Of a stretch of DNA of 64,000 bases, positions 7,710 to 16,859 are shown piece by piece (the first letter of the stretch is position 1; each line of letters starts with the position of its first letter). The DNA lies in IMG/VR virus record IMGVR_UViG_3300025133_000020; one strand, 5' to 3'. The notes below the pieces were generated by a model. That model did no database searches. It saw only the letters and a list, made by a program, of their open reading frames with translations, and had not been told where the DNA came from. A program made the position numbers and the translations under genes. Source of the stretch: a virus. Taxonomy: Duplodnaviria; Caudoviricetes.

Positions 7710-8617
7710 TGCCCTCTTTCGAAAGCGTGTAAACCGTCACCAACTCTATTGGCTCCAGCACGTTCCCAGAACGCTCTATTGTGTTCGTTAGTTGGAACAT
7801 AAAGCCTATTCATTGTAGGTACAGTTCTGAATAACAATGGAATGGCATCACGTATGACCTTTATAGGTCGTTCCTTCTCATCACCACCAATATTAAGGAT
7901 GGTAGCCTCATCGTCTGAAGGGGAACCAGATACATTACTGATTTCTATACCCCCTAACGGTCTTTCTCCGTCATAGATGAAGTATACCGTACTCTTAGGC
8001 GTTTCATCGGCTACAGATATCCTAGAAACGGCTTCATGAATCTTTCTACGTATCATTGGGAACGCAGCTTCGTCAATACCAGCAGCATCCATCTTACTAT
8101 AATACTCTGGATTACCCATTAAATGGTCTTTAGCTATTTCACTAGCTTTACTTTTATCACCAGTATGTTCCTTTTCGTCTTCAGTACCAGCTTTTAGTTC
8201 ACCTTTAATCTTATCCACGTCCATGCCGTGGTGTTTTGCCACATCGTCAATTGATAGGTTGTCAGCTTTACCGCCTTTGATTTTGTCTTCGTTCATCGTC
8301 TTTGGTTCTCTAATTAATGTATCTTGAAATCGATAATCTTTATTTCTACCCTTGTTCGGTACGAATCCGAAACGTTTATAGAAAGAGATTAGCCTACCTT
8401 TCGAGCTACCATATGAGCTTGACGCTGTTAACGTCACTATCATATTATTTTTATCCGCATAATCTATGATATCATCCATTATCTTAGTACCATAACCCTC
8501 TTCCTTTACACCATCTTTTAGGATTATTGAGTGTAATCTCAGGTGGTCACCCTTTTCTGAAATGAATAACTCATCCAAAACTTCATCGTACTTAGAGTTT
8601 AATATGTCCTCTATCAT
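7706..8617 (-). CDS. GNAT acetyltransferase + DUF5661-like + second GNAT-like domain
   Basis: GYGTKIMDDII...LISFYKRFGF; GTEDEKEHT...IAKDHL..NPEYYSKM; NRAFWERAG; ATG 8617 follows TATTTATA (8621..8628 minus). Confidence 0.7.
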   Translation of the reverse strand: MIEDILNSKYDEVLDELFISEKGDHLRLHSIILKDGVKEEGYGTKIMDDIIDYADKNNMIVTLTASSSYGSSKGRLISFYKRFGFVPNKGRNKDYRFQDTLIREPKTMNEDKIKGGKADNLSIDDVAKHHGMDVDKIKGELKAGTEDEKEHTGDKSKASEIAKDHLMGNPEYYSKMDAAGIDEAAFPMIRRKIHEAVSRISVADETPKSTVYFIYDGERPLGGIEISNVSGSPSDDEATILNIGGDEKERPIKVIRDAIPLLFRTVPTMNRLYVPTNEHNRAFWERAGANRVGDGLHAFERGH

Positions 8618-8678
8618 ATCTATAAATATAAAAGGGTCGGACAAAAGCCCAACCCTCATAATACATGTTATATTAAGC

Positions 8679-11174
8679 TCACTTCTTAATGAACACTTTC
8701 TCTTCTTTCTTGTTGTACGATACGTTTACTACATCACCCTCTTTAATATTCTTAAGTAGGATTTCATCAGCTATCAGATTACCGACATGAACTTGAATTG
8801 CTCTGGCTAATGGTCTGGCACCATATTCTTCATGGTACCCTTCTTTGGATATGAAATCTATAGCGGATTTATCCAACTTAATCTCATAACCCCTTTCACT
8901 CATTCTATCCTTAAGGTGACCCAACTCTATATGAATAATCTTGTTGATATCTTCAGGTTTTAGTTGGTTGAATATGATGCAGTCGTCTATACGGTTAAGG
9001 AACTCAGGAGCAAACTCCTTTTTAAGCGCCTTTTCGATGATTCCTCTGGACTTAGCATCCTTGTTGATTTGAGTTGCATCTGTTTGGTATCCTAGACCAC
9101 CACCATAAGAATTAAGTTGTTTAACACCTATATTTGAAGTAAGGATAATAAGACAATTCTTGAAATCTACCTTTCTACCCAGACCATCAGTCAATTGACC
9201 TTCATCCAGTAACTGTAATAAAATGTTGAATACGTCAGTATGCGCTTTCTCAATTTCATCGAATAAGATTACAGAATAAGGTTTTCTACGAACCTTTTCG
9301 GTCAGTTGACCACCCTGTTCGTACCCAACATATCCTGGAGGCGAACCTACTAATCGTGTTACTGTGAACTTCTCCATGTATTCACTCATATCCATTCTAA
9401 TGACCGCATCTGAGTCTCCGAACAGTTGTTCAGCCAGTTGTTTTGCCAGTTCAGTTTTACCTACACCAGTAGGACCCAAGAAGATAAATGAACCGATTGG
9501 TTTATTCTCATCCTTGATACCTAAACGATTACGTTTGATAGCTTGGGTTACCGTATCGATAGCATTATCTTGTCCTATGATTGCTTTCTTAAGTACTTTG
9601 TGCATACCCACCAATCGTTTATTCTCTTGGCTAGACACTTTACTAACTGGGATACCAGTCATATTAGATACCACGTCACAAATATCAGTTACACCTACCT
9701 TAGTCCTCTTAGTATCCAACGATGTTTCCCATTCATCGGTAGCTTTATTCAACTCTTTGTCTACTTTAGCGGCTTCGTCTCTCAACTTCGCGGCTTCTTC
9801 GTAACGTTGTTTGTTGACAACTACTTCCTTTTCCCCTTCAATTTTAGCCCTAACCTCTTCAAGGGCTTTGATGCGCTCTGGTTTCTCTTGGGTTAAGTTT
9901 GTTGCTGCTCCAGCCTCATCCATAACATCGATAGCCTTATCAGGCATAGCTCTGTCAGAGATATATCTATCCGACATCTTAACGCATTCCTCAATAGCTT
10001 CTTCAGTATAACTTACTTTATGATGCTCTTCGTATTTGTCTTTAATGTTGGTCAGGATTGTAATAGTTTCTTCCAGTGAAGGTTCTTCAACCAATACTTG
10101 TTGGAATCTACGTGTTAGGGCGCCATCCTTTTCTATATTCTCTCTGAACTCATCAAGTGTTGTTGCACCTATGATTTGTAATTCACCGTTCGCTAACGCA
10201 GGTTTGAATATGTTGGACGCATCCAATGAACCGCTTGCATTTCCAGCCCCTACCATCGTATGTAATTCGTCAATGAATAGGATAACATTAGGGTTAGCTT
10301 TCAACTCATCCATCATTGCTTTGACCCTTTCTTCGAATTGCCCTCTATATTTGGTTCCAGCGACTAATGATGCTAAATTCAACGAATATATACGTTTCTT
10401 AGCTATCACTCTTGGGGCTTTCTTCTCCTGTATCATCATAGCTAATCCCTCAACTATTGCCGTCTTACCAACTCCTGGTTCTCCGATTAGAACAGGGTTA
10501 TTTTTCTTACGTCTTGATAGAATCATTGAAACTCGTTTGATTTCCTTTTCTCTACCCACAACTTGGTCTACCTCACCTTGTTTTACCGCCTCTGATATAT
10601 CTCTACAGTATTGGTCTAAGTTTGGCGTTGTGTTTGTGTTTTTTGGTACACCCAAGCTACCTCTACTTGGTCTTTTAGGTCTTCTGTTTCCAGAACCTTC
10701 GTAATCATCTCCTTCTTCTGACTCTTCAAATCTACTCATTATAATAATTGCTTCTTTATATTCATTGTAATCTACTCCAAAATGTTTCATTATTCTTGTA
10801 ACATCATTCTTTCTCTTCAATATAGTTAGAAATAAGTGTGCCGTGTCAATAGTATTCTCATTTAACTGCACCGACTCTTTCTCCAACGTTCTGAATACTT
10901 CTTGCACATCATCGGTATACCCTATCCTCTTAGGTTCATAAGGTCTTGGAGTGATATCTTTGTTATATATCTCTTCGAAGAGGGTGTCATATAGACTGTT
11001 GGTATCAATCTTCATATGTTCTAACACCCTGAAAGCCCTATTTTTACCATCCAATAACGCACTCATTACTATATGACCTAGATTTACATCATAGCCATTA
11101 TGTTCCCTAACGCTTTCCTTAGCGTCATTTACAATTGCCTTTAGTTTAGGTTCTACTTCCCGTTCTCTATCCAT
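8679..11174 (-). CDS. clpC: ClpC-type AAA+ chaperone/unfoldase
   Basis: Clp N domain, Walker A GEPGVGKT and GPTGVGKT, FIDELH, UVR-like middle helix (QRYEEAAKLRD), GSPPGYVGY, GARPL. Confidence 0.95.
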   Translation of the reverse strand: MDREREVEPKLKAIVNDAKESVREHNGYDVNLGHIVMSALLDGKNRAFRVLEHMKIDTNSLYDTLFEEIYNKDITPRPYEPKRIGYTDDVQEVFRTLEKESVQLNENTIDTAHLFLTILKRKNDVTRIMKHFGVDYNEYKEAIIIMSRFEESEEGDDYEGSGNRRPKRPSRGSLGVPKNTNTTPNLDQYCRDISEAVKQGEVDQVVGREKEIKRVSMILSRRKKNNPVLIGEPGVGKTAIVEGLAMMIQEKKAPRVIAKKRIYSLNLASLVAGTKYRGQFEERVKAMMDELKANPNVILFIDELHTMVGAGNASGSLDASNIFKPALANGELQIIGATTLDEFRENIEKDGALTRRFQQVLVEEPSLEETITILTNIKDKYEEHHKVSYTEEAIEECVKMSDRYISDRAMPDKAIDVMDEAGAATNLTQEKPERIKALEEVRAKIEGEKEVVVNKQRYEEAAKLRDEAAKVDKELNKATDEWETSLDTKRTKVGVTDICDVVSNMTGIPVSKVSSQENKRLVGMHKVLKKAIIGQDNAIDTVTQAIKRNRLGIKDENKPIGSFIFLGPTGVGKTELAKQLAEQLFGDSDAVIRMDMSEYMEKFTVTRLVGSPPGYVGYEQGGQLTEKVRRKPYSVILFDEIEKAHTDVFNILLQLLDEGQLTDGLGRKVDFKNCLIILTSNIGVKQLNSYGGGLGYQTDATQINKDAKSRGIIEKALKKEFAPEFLNRIDDCIIFNQLKPEDINKIIHIELGHLKDRMSERGYEIKLDKSAIDFISKEGYHEEYGARPLARAIQVHVGNLIADEILLKNIKEGDVVNVSYNKKEEKVFIKK

Positions 11175-11194
11175 AGTTCTTTTCGTGGTTGAAA

Positions 11195-11257
11195 CAAATA
11201 TACTTCATAATAAATGAAAAATCAACTTGTTATTCTTAAATAAATATAGTATATTTG
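11195..11257. promoter_or_regulatory. Divergent pair of Bacteroidota -7 elements (minus 11195..11202 for clpC; plus 11250..11257 for KTSC gene)
   Basis: Two TATATTTG copies facing outward. Confidence 0.65.
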
Positions 11258-11317
11258 TTTCAAACTGGGTAATTAAAGTCTCGGTTACAACTTAAATCAA
11301 CAAAAACATACAAAAAC

Positions 11318-11764
11318 ATGTTATTACAAAAGAAAGAAACTAACGGAAAAACCAAAGCACTCTACAAATCGAGTAACATTCTAGCATCAACTTACTCTCC
11401 AGTAAGTAATATTCTAGAGATTATCTTCACAAATGGTACCAAGTATGCCTATAAGGATGTACGTGCTACTGATTATATGCGTTTCGAGACTGCTGACAGT
11501 CAAGGAAAAGTATTGAATACTAACATCAAAGGTAAATATGAATTTGATAAATTGGAAGATGAGACCAATCTCACCAAAATCAAAGATGCGGCTACTAAAG
11601 CTGATACTGATGGTGAAGCTTCACTATTCAGAGAATGTGCCGCTAGACTAACTTCTGGACTTACCAAGTTTGAAGGTAAGTATGACCTTAAATTCGTCCT
11701 AACGGTTCGAAAGCTAGCCCAACAAACTCTTGATGCGGTGGGTTATGAAGAACCTAGTGAGTGA
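11318..11764 (+). CDS. KTSC domain protein
   Basis: KSSNILASTYSPVSNILEIIFTNGTKYAYKDV...SQGKVLNTNIKGKY. Confidence 0.85.
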   Translation: MLLQKKETNGKTKALYKSSNILASTYSPVSNILEIIFTNGTKYAYKDVRATDYMRFETADSQGKVLNTNIKGKYEFDKLEDETNLTKIKDAATKADTDGEASLFRECAARLTSGLTKFEGKYDLKFVLTVRKLAQQTLDAVGYEEPSE

Positions 11765-12504
11765 GACCAAAAGTAGCTTACATACAACAACAGAATGGTA
11801 ATTGGTTGAATGAAACCTGTTTCGCAGCCGCATGGGGTTTTGGTAGAATGGGTTATATCATTCAACCATTTGAATTAGCTAATGCTGGGGGTTTAGATAT
11901 TCAATCTGACGATGTGGTGCATGGTGGAATAAATGGTGTTACCACAGCTTTGGCTGGTTTAGGTATTGCAAAACCAGTGGCATTAAACCCAGTAAAACAT
12001 CTACCAAGTTATTTAGTTCGTGAAGTCAACATTATGACTTTAGGTGAATTAAGGGTTAACTGCTTCGATTCAACAGCTACACTTCCAATGTACATAAAAC
12101 CGTTACGCATAAACAAAGACTTTGACGCTTTTTGTGTAACTAAAGAATGGGACTTAAATTACCTCAAGAGTTTAGATGATTCATACGAAATATTAGGTTC
12201 AGAAGTAGTTACGTTTGTATCTGAATATAGATGCTTTGTTAATCGAGGTAAGTTAGTTGGTGCCAAGCACTATACTGGTGACTTCAGGGTAAGCCCATAT
12301 TGGAGTACTGTAGAAAGGGCTATTACAGACTTCAAGAATCCACCAGTGAGTTATACATTGGATTTCGGGATTACAGACCTTGGTAGTACACAATTGATTG
12401 AGATAAACGATGGTTTTGGGTTAGGTTCATATGGGCTTAACCCTATCACCTATTGTAAGTTCATCAGAGATTGGTGGAGTGATAGAACAAATTTGAATGA
12501 TTAA
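11761..12504 (+). CDS. ATP-grasp domain protein (DUF4343/R2K-like)
   Basis: YIKP, SEVVTFVSEYRCFV, YTLDFG, LIEINDGFGLGSYG motifs. Confidence 0.85.
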   Translation: MRPKVAYIQQQNGNWLNETCFAAAWGFGRMGYIIQPFELANAGGLDIQSDDVVHGGINGVTTALAGLGIAKPVALNPVKHLPSYLVREVNIMTLGELRVNCFDSTATLPMYIKPLRINKDFDAFCVTKEWDLNYLKSLDDSYEILGSEVVTFVSEYRCFVNRGKLVGAKHYTGDFRVSPYWSTVERAITDFKNPPVSYTLDFGITDLGSTQLIEINDGFGLGSYGLNPITYCKFIRDWWSDRTNLND

Positions 12505-13036
12505 AGAACCCACCATAAAGGAAGAGGTTAATGAGCTTCTACAACGTTATGAGTATGAGATTAACGATTCGAATACTATGCGTAGTATCATTAATAACCT
12601 TTCGATGTATTTCGAGGCTAAACTACCAAGAGATAAGTTTACATTCACTGATGTAACTACCGATGAAATCAGACATAACAACACCTATAAGATTATGGTT
12701 AAAACGCCATGGGCTAATGCTAGAATGAGTGGGGAGATGGAGTTACATTCGTTTCTGGAATTCGTTACCGACTTAGAGTACGAAAGAGCGCTTAGTCTAA
12801 AGTACGTATCACATGTCATGGAATTATCCATGTACGTGAGTGAGATGCTGAAACATAGGGGTAAGACTTGGGACGACCTGAATACGGTGTTCAAACGAAA
12901 TGATTGTGAGACATGGATAGGTGGTGGCGCAAGCAATCTGACCATGAGAGATTTAACAACTATAGAGTATGAACTGGATATCAGTTTAGTTCGTAGATTT
13001 AACGATAAAGAATTAGGGATTAAACCAATGAAATAA
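12497..13036 (+). CDS. Hypothetical protein, possible C-terminal HTH
   Basis: C-terminal GKTWDDL...NLTMRDLTTIEYELDISL resembles XRE-type HTH. Confidence 0.5.
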   Translation: MIKEPTIKEEVNELLQRYEYEINDSNTMRSIINNLSMYFEAKLPRDKFTFTDVTTDEIRHNNTYKIMVKTPWANARMSGEMELHSFLEFVTDLEYERALSLKYVSHVMELSMYVSEMLKHRGKTWDDLNTVFKRNDCETWIGGGASNLTMRDLTTIEYELDISLVRRFNDKELGIKPMK

Positions 13037-13428
13037 TGGAAGAAATTAACGTATATACCTTTGCTCATAAAGTAGTTAAGGACTGTAAGATGGACTTTGA
13101 TGGTATCTATGAGGAAGGTGACGAACTAACCTCAGAAGAACGAGATTGGATTGAAAGTGATGATGGGATATTGGCTGTGTTTCAAACACTGCCTAACCTA
13201 CGCTTTAGTGATACCTTTCCTTATGAGTATGTTGGTGAGAAAACATATGTAGGTAGGAAAGGGTATGAAACCAATGTTTACGTGATTAAACGTAAGAGGG
13301 ATAACAAACACTTTAAATATGATGTCTATGGTGATGATATTAACAATTATGACCTCATAGAAACACACCAGATTGTCACCAAAGTGTGGGAATTCGAGAA
13401 AACTGGTGAATTCGAAAATAGAGACTAA
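13036..13428 (+). CDS. Hypothetical protein
   Basis: ORF coupled to neighbours. Confidence 0.6.
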   Translation: MEEINVYTFAHKVVKDCKMDFDGIYEEGDELTSEERDWIESDDGILAVFQTLPNLRFSDTFPYEYVGEKTYVGRKGYETNVYVIKRKRDNKHFKYDVYGDDINNYDLIETHQIVTKVWEFEKTGEFENRD

Positions 13429-13431
13429 AGG

Positions 13432-13581
13432 GTGAATAAGGTTGAACCAATATCATTGGAGTTATCTGACCACATGAAGCAGATTATAGCTATGTGGGGC
13501 ACAGAAGAGGAACGATATCGATGGATGTTAGAGCAATGTAGAGTACCAAGAAAATACTTAGGAAGTAACAAAAATAAATAG
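13432..13581 (+). CDS. Small hypothetical protein (49 aa, not in ORF track)
   Basis: GTG start, MNKVEPISLELSDHMKQIIAMWG...RVPRKYLGSNKNK; fills the gap between ORFs. Confidence 0.5.
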   Translation: MNKVEPISLELSDHMKQIIAMWGTEEERYRWMLEQCRVPRKYLGSNKNK

Positions 13582-13584
13582 AAA

Positions 13585-13929
13585 ATGGAAGAATTAAACG
13601 GTAGAGCAGAAATGGAAATGCGTAATGCTGGTAAGGATATCATGGCTAAAGCTAAAGCTAAAAAGGAAGCGGAAGCTAAGGAGAATAAGACATTCGTAAG
13701 TCCAGATATTGGTCTTACAGAACCACCAACCTTTTATTTAAACCCTAAGATGCATGCGATATGGTTCGCAATGTATGTTTGGGATAATACGATAACCCCT
13801 GCGGATTTACAACCAGAGGAACCAAATGATAGAAGTTTGGTGGCTGGGGTGAAATATTGGGAATTAAAGAAATCGTATGAAGCTTTTATAGATAAAAATA
13901 ACACCTTAACAACAGAAGACAATGAGTAA
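13585..13929 (+). CDS. Hypothetical protein
   Basis: ORF track, operon context. Confidence 0.6.
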   Translation: MEELNGRAEMEMRNAGKDIMAKAKAKKEAEAKENKTFVSPDIGLTEPPTFYLNPKMHAIWFAMYVWDNTITPADLQPEEPNDRSLVAGVKYWELKKSYEAFIDKNNTLTTEDNE

Positions 13930-14065
13930 ATTTAAAGAATTCACAAACAAAGTAGCATTAAAATTCGCCAATACCTTTTCAGGTCCTAGGCTAACTGCTG
14001 CAATAACCGTATTAGTAATCTTTGCGGTTCTAGGTATAGTAATACTGGTTAGGTCATTAATATAA
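13922..14065 (+). CDS. Small membrane protein (47 aa, not in ORF track)
   Basis: MSKFKEFTNKVALKFANTFSGPRLTAAITVLVIFAVLGIVILVRSLI; one TM helix. Confidence 0.6.
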   Translation: MSKFKEFTNKVALKFANTFSGPRLTAAITVLVIFAVLGIVILVRSLI

Positions 14066-14070
14066 TTGCG

Positions 14071-14595
14071 ATGGGTAATTCATTAGACAAACAATATCAA
14101 ACCTTACTCCAAGACATCTTGGATAACGGGCACAACAAAGGGGATAGAACTGGTACTGGTACCAAGTCGGTATTCCCAAGAATGATTACACATAACATGG
14201 CTGAGGGTTTCCCTCTTTTAACAACCAAGAAGATGTACCATAAAGGTATCTTCACTGAGCTATTATGGCTCCTACGTGGTGATACCAACATTAAGTGGTT
14301 AATTGAGAATAACTGCAACATCTGGGTAGGAGACGCTTATAAGAAGTATTGCAAAGAGTGGGGTGGGGAAAATAAATATAGCGTTACTGGAACAATGACT
14401 TTGGAAGATGGTACTATTGGTGGTACGAGTAGGAAATTTGATAAAGAAGAGTTCACTGAAAAGATTAAAACCGATGACGCATTCGCTGAGAAGTGGGGAG
14501 ATTTAGGGAAGATATATGGCGCTCAGTGGCGCAACTGGAATGGTAAATCTAATGACGAACTTTATGAGGATTATTTAAAACGTGTGGGTAAATAA
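14071..14595 (+). CDS. thyA: Thymidylate synthase, N-terminal fragment
   Basis: DRTGTGT, FPLLTTKK, ELLWLLRG, NIW, DLGKIYGAQWRNW; stop after an 18-aa tail. Confidence 0.92.
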   Translation: MGNSLDKQYQTLLQDILDNGHNKGDRTGTGTKSVFPRMITHNMAEGFPLLTTKKMYHKGIFTELLWLLRGDTNIKWLIENNCNIWVGDAYKKYCKEWGGENKYSVTGTMTLEDGTIGGTSRKFDKEEFTEKIKTDDAFAEKWGDLGKIYGAQWRNWNGKSNDELYEDYLKRVGK

Positions 14596-14615
14596 TGTTT
14601 CCCCATTTATTACCA

Positions 14616-14623
14616 TATTTATA
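14616..14623 (+). promoter_or_regulatory. Late-type promoter TATTTATA for the HNH gene and thyA C-fragment
   Basis: Lies in the 47 nt between the thyA-N stop and HNH ATG 14643. Confidence 0.6.
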
Positions 14624-14642
14624 TATGATAAACAATGGAAAT

Positions 14643-15335
14643 ATGGACTATAGAAAAATTCACGACCAAATAATTGATAGGGCTGCAATTAGAGACGTAA
14701 ACGGTTATACCGAAAAGCATCATATCACACCAAAATGTATGGGTGGTGATGATAAACCAGATAATTTAGTTAAATTATACGCAAGGGAACACTTTTTAAT
14801 ACATTGGCTACTTCACGAAATGTATCCACAAAACACAGATTTAAAATATGCGTTTTGGTCTATGTGTCGTTCATCCAATAATCAAGAGCGATATGTCCCA
14901 TCATCAAGGGTATATGAATACGCTAAACATCAGATGTTAGAAGTATGGCAAAAGTTTAAGCCATCGGATAAACAGATAACTTCCATTAAAAAACGTTTAA
15001 CAGGAACCAAATGGTTTCATAAACCTGATGGTAGTCATTTAAGGGCGTTCCCAAATGATAATAGAATTAAAGAAGAAGGTTGGCTGATTGGTAGGTTTGG
15101 TGGTAAGAAATTGTCACATAAAGCTAATAAAAGTAAACTTGAAAAATATCAGGGTAAAAAATCAGCAAAAACATCAAATAAAAGGTGTTCGATAAACGGT
15201 GTTGAGTTTGAATCAGCTAAAGCCGCTTCCGAGGCTATTGATATGAATGAATATTCCCTTAGATGGATACTACAGGGTAATGGGAAATCACAAAAACATA
15301 AAGAAAAATATAAAAATTGGTATTATATAACTTAG
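14643..15335 (+). mobile_element. mobE: MobE-like HNH homing endonuclease inserted in thyA
   Basis: MDYRKIHDQIIDRA...EKHHITPKCMGGDDKPDNLVKLYAREHFLIHWLL...AFWSMC closely follows the T4/Aeh1 MobE N-terminal pattern. Confidence 0.8.
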
Positions 15336-15339
15336 AGAC

Positions 15340-16083
15340 ATGAAACATACACACGAAGACGGTACACCATTCAATAAAGAAGAATTCCTACATATGCTAG
15401 AAATAGATAAAGAATTTAAGGGTGAGTTTGGTACTAAAGGTGTTGACCAAATAGCCAAATCATTAAACACACTTATCAACAATCCCGACTGTAGACGTAT
15501 CTTGGTTAACGCTTGGAATGTGGGTGAGATTAAGAATATGACCTTACCACCATGCCACTTCGGATTCCAATTATGGACAAGAGAGTTATCAGCCTATGAA
15601 CGGGAGAACCACTTTGCTTATGTGATGAATGATATGACCAACCAAGAACGATGTGAATTACATCCAAATCACCGTGATGAAGATGTACATGAGAAGATGG
15701 ATGTGGAAGGTGTACCTAGACGAGCAATATCGTTAACATGGCAACAACGTTCGTGCGATTTCCCACTAGGTATACCGTTCAATGTAGCATCTTATGGCGC
15801 TCTACTTATGATATTTGGTGAGTTAGTTAATATGGTTCCAGAAACCCTAACAGGGATGTTAGGTGATTGCCACATTTATCGTAACCAAATAGAGGGTGTT
15901 AATGAGCAAATTAGTAGAGACTCGTTTGACTTACCTAAACTAACGATTAGTACAGAATTATGGAATCCAGAGAACGTACTTGGTACTAATTGGGACGAAA
16001 TCATAAAGGGTATTGAGATAGATGATTTTATATTAACCAATTACGAATCCCACCCACTAATTAAATATCCACTATCTAATTAA
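15340..16083 (+). CDS. thyA: Thymidylate synthase, C-terminal catalytic fragment
   Basis: VDQI, NPDCRRILVNAWN, LPPCH (catalytic Cys), QRSCDFPLGIPFN, GDCHIY, IKYPLSN. Confidence 0.92.
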   Translation: MKHTHEDGTPFNKEEFLHMLEIDKEFKGEFGTKGVDQIAKSLNTLINNPDCRRILVNAWNVGEIKNMTLPPCHFGFQLWTRELSAYERENHFAYVMNDMTNQERCELHPNHRDEDVHEKMDVEGVPRRAISLTWQQRSCDFPLGIPFNVASYGALLMIFGELVNMVPETLTGMLGDCHIYRNQIEGVNEQISRDSFDLPKLTISTELWNPENVLGTNWDEIIKGIEIDDFILTNYESHPLIKYPLSN

Positions 16084-16132
16084 TTTAGGTCTACCCTTTA
16101 ACTTTTAGGTGTAGGGTTATATTTAAGTTATA

Positions 16133-16858
16133 ATGATAGGAATTTACAGAATAAAGAATATTAGTAACGATAAATGTTATTACGGTTCTTCGAAAAATAT
16201 TGAGGTCAGGTGGCGAAACCATATAAACAAACTCAACAAGGGTAGCCATGAAAACGTACTACTACAAAGGGCTTGGGATAAGTACGGTGAGGGGAGTTTT
16301 ATATTTGAAGTCATCCAAGAGTGTGGGTTAAATGTGTTATTGGTAACCGAACAAAAATACTTAAACTCGAACCCAGCGTATAATATCGGGTTATGTGCTA
16401 GTGGGGGTGACAATATTACTAATCACCCTAATAAAGCGTTAGTGATTGCTAATATTAAACGTGGTTCGGCTAAATATCTTAATAGTTTAACACCAGAAGA
16501 ACGAAAAGAAAAATTCGGTAATACGGGGCACACAAATAACAACTGGCAAGGTGGTAAAACTTTTTGTAAATGTGGTAATAAGATAAATAGTGGTACAATT
16601 GAATGTATTGATTGTGTAGATAGGAGTGGTAGTAATAATTCATTTTTCGGTAAAAAACATACTAGAGAGACTAAAGATATAATAGCTAAATCTAGGAAGG
16701 GTAAATACCATGGGACACAAAATAACCCTATAATAGTAGATGATATAGAGTATAGGTCTGCTGGGGAAGCCTCCAAATTATTAAACATTCCAATGGTAAC
16801 TATTAGATGGAGAGTAAGGAGTGATAGTAATAAATTTAAGGATTATAAATATAAATAA
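16133..16858 (+). mobile_element. Free-standing GIY-YIG homing endonuclease with NUMOD3 repeats
   Basis: GIYRIKN...YYGSS...RW..H, EQKYL, FFGKKHTRETK; late motif TATTTAAG 16120..16127. Confidence 0.9.
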
Positions 16859-16859
16859 T

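Noticed and set aside
8621-8628. TATAAATA read as a T4-type late promoter on the plus strand
   Set aside because: Across the window the motif lies upstream of genes only when read as TATTTATA in the gene's sense direction.
9364-10704. Plus-strand ORFs opposite clpC
   Set aside because: Typical antisense shadows of a conserved AAA+ gene.
14539-15441. Group I intron in thyA (as in T4 td)
   Set aside because: Only 47 nt and 4 nt of non-coding sequence flank the HNH ORF. The adjoining segments encode protein-like motifs, and no P7 R/S-type elements are recognisable.
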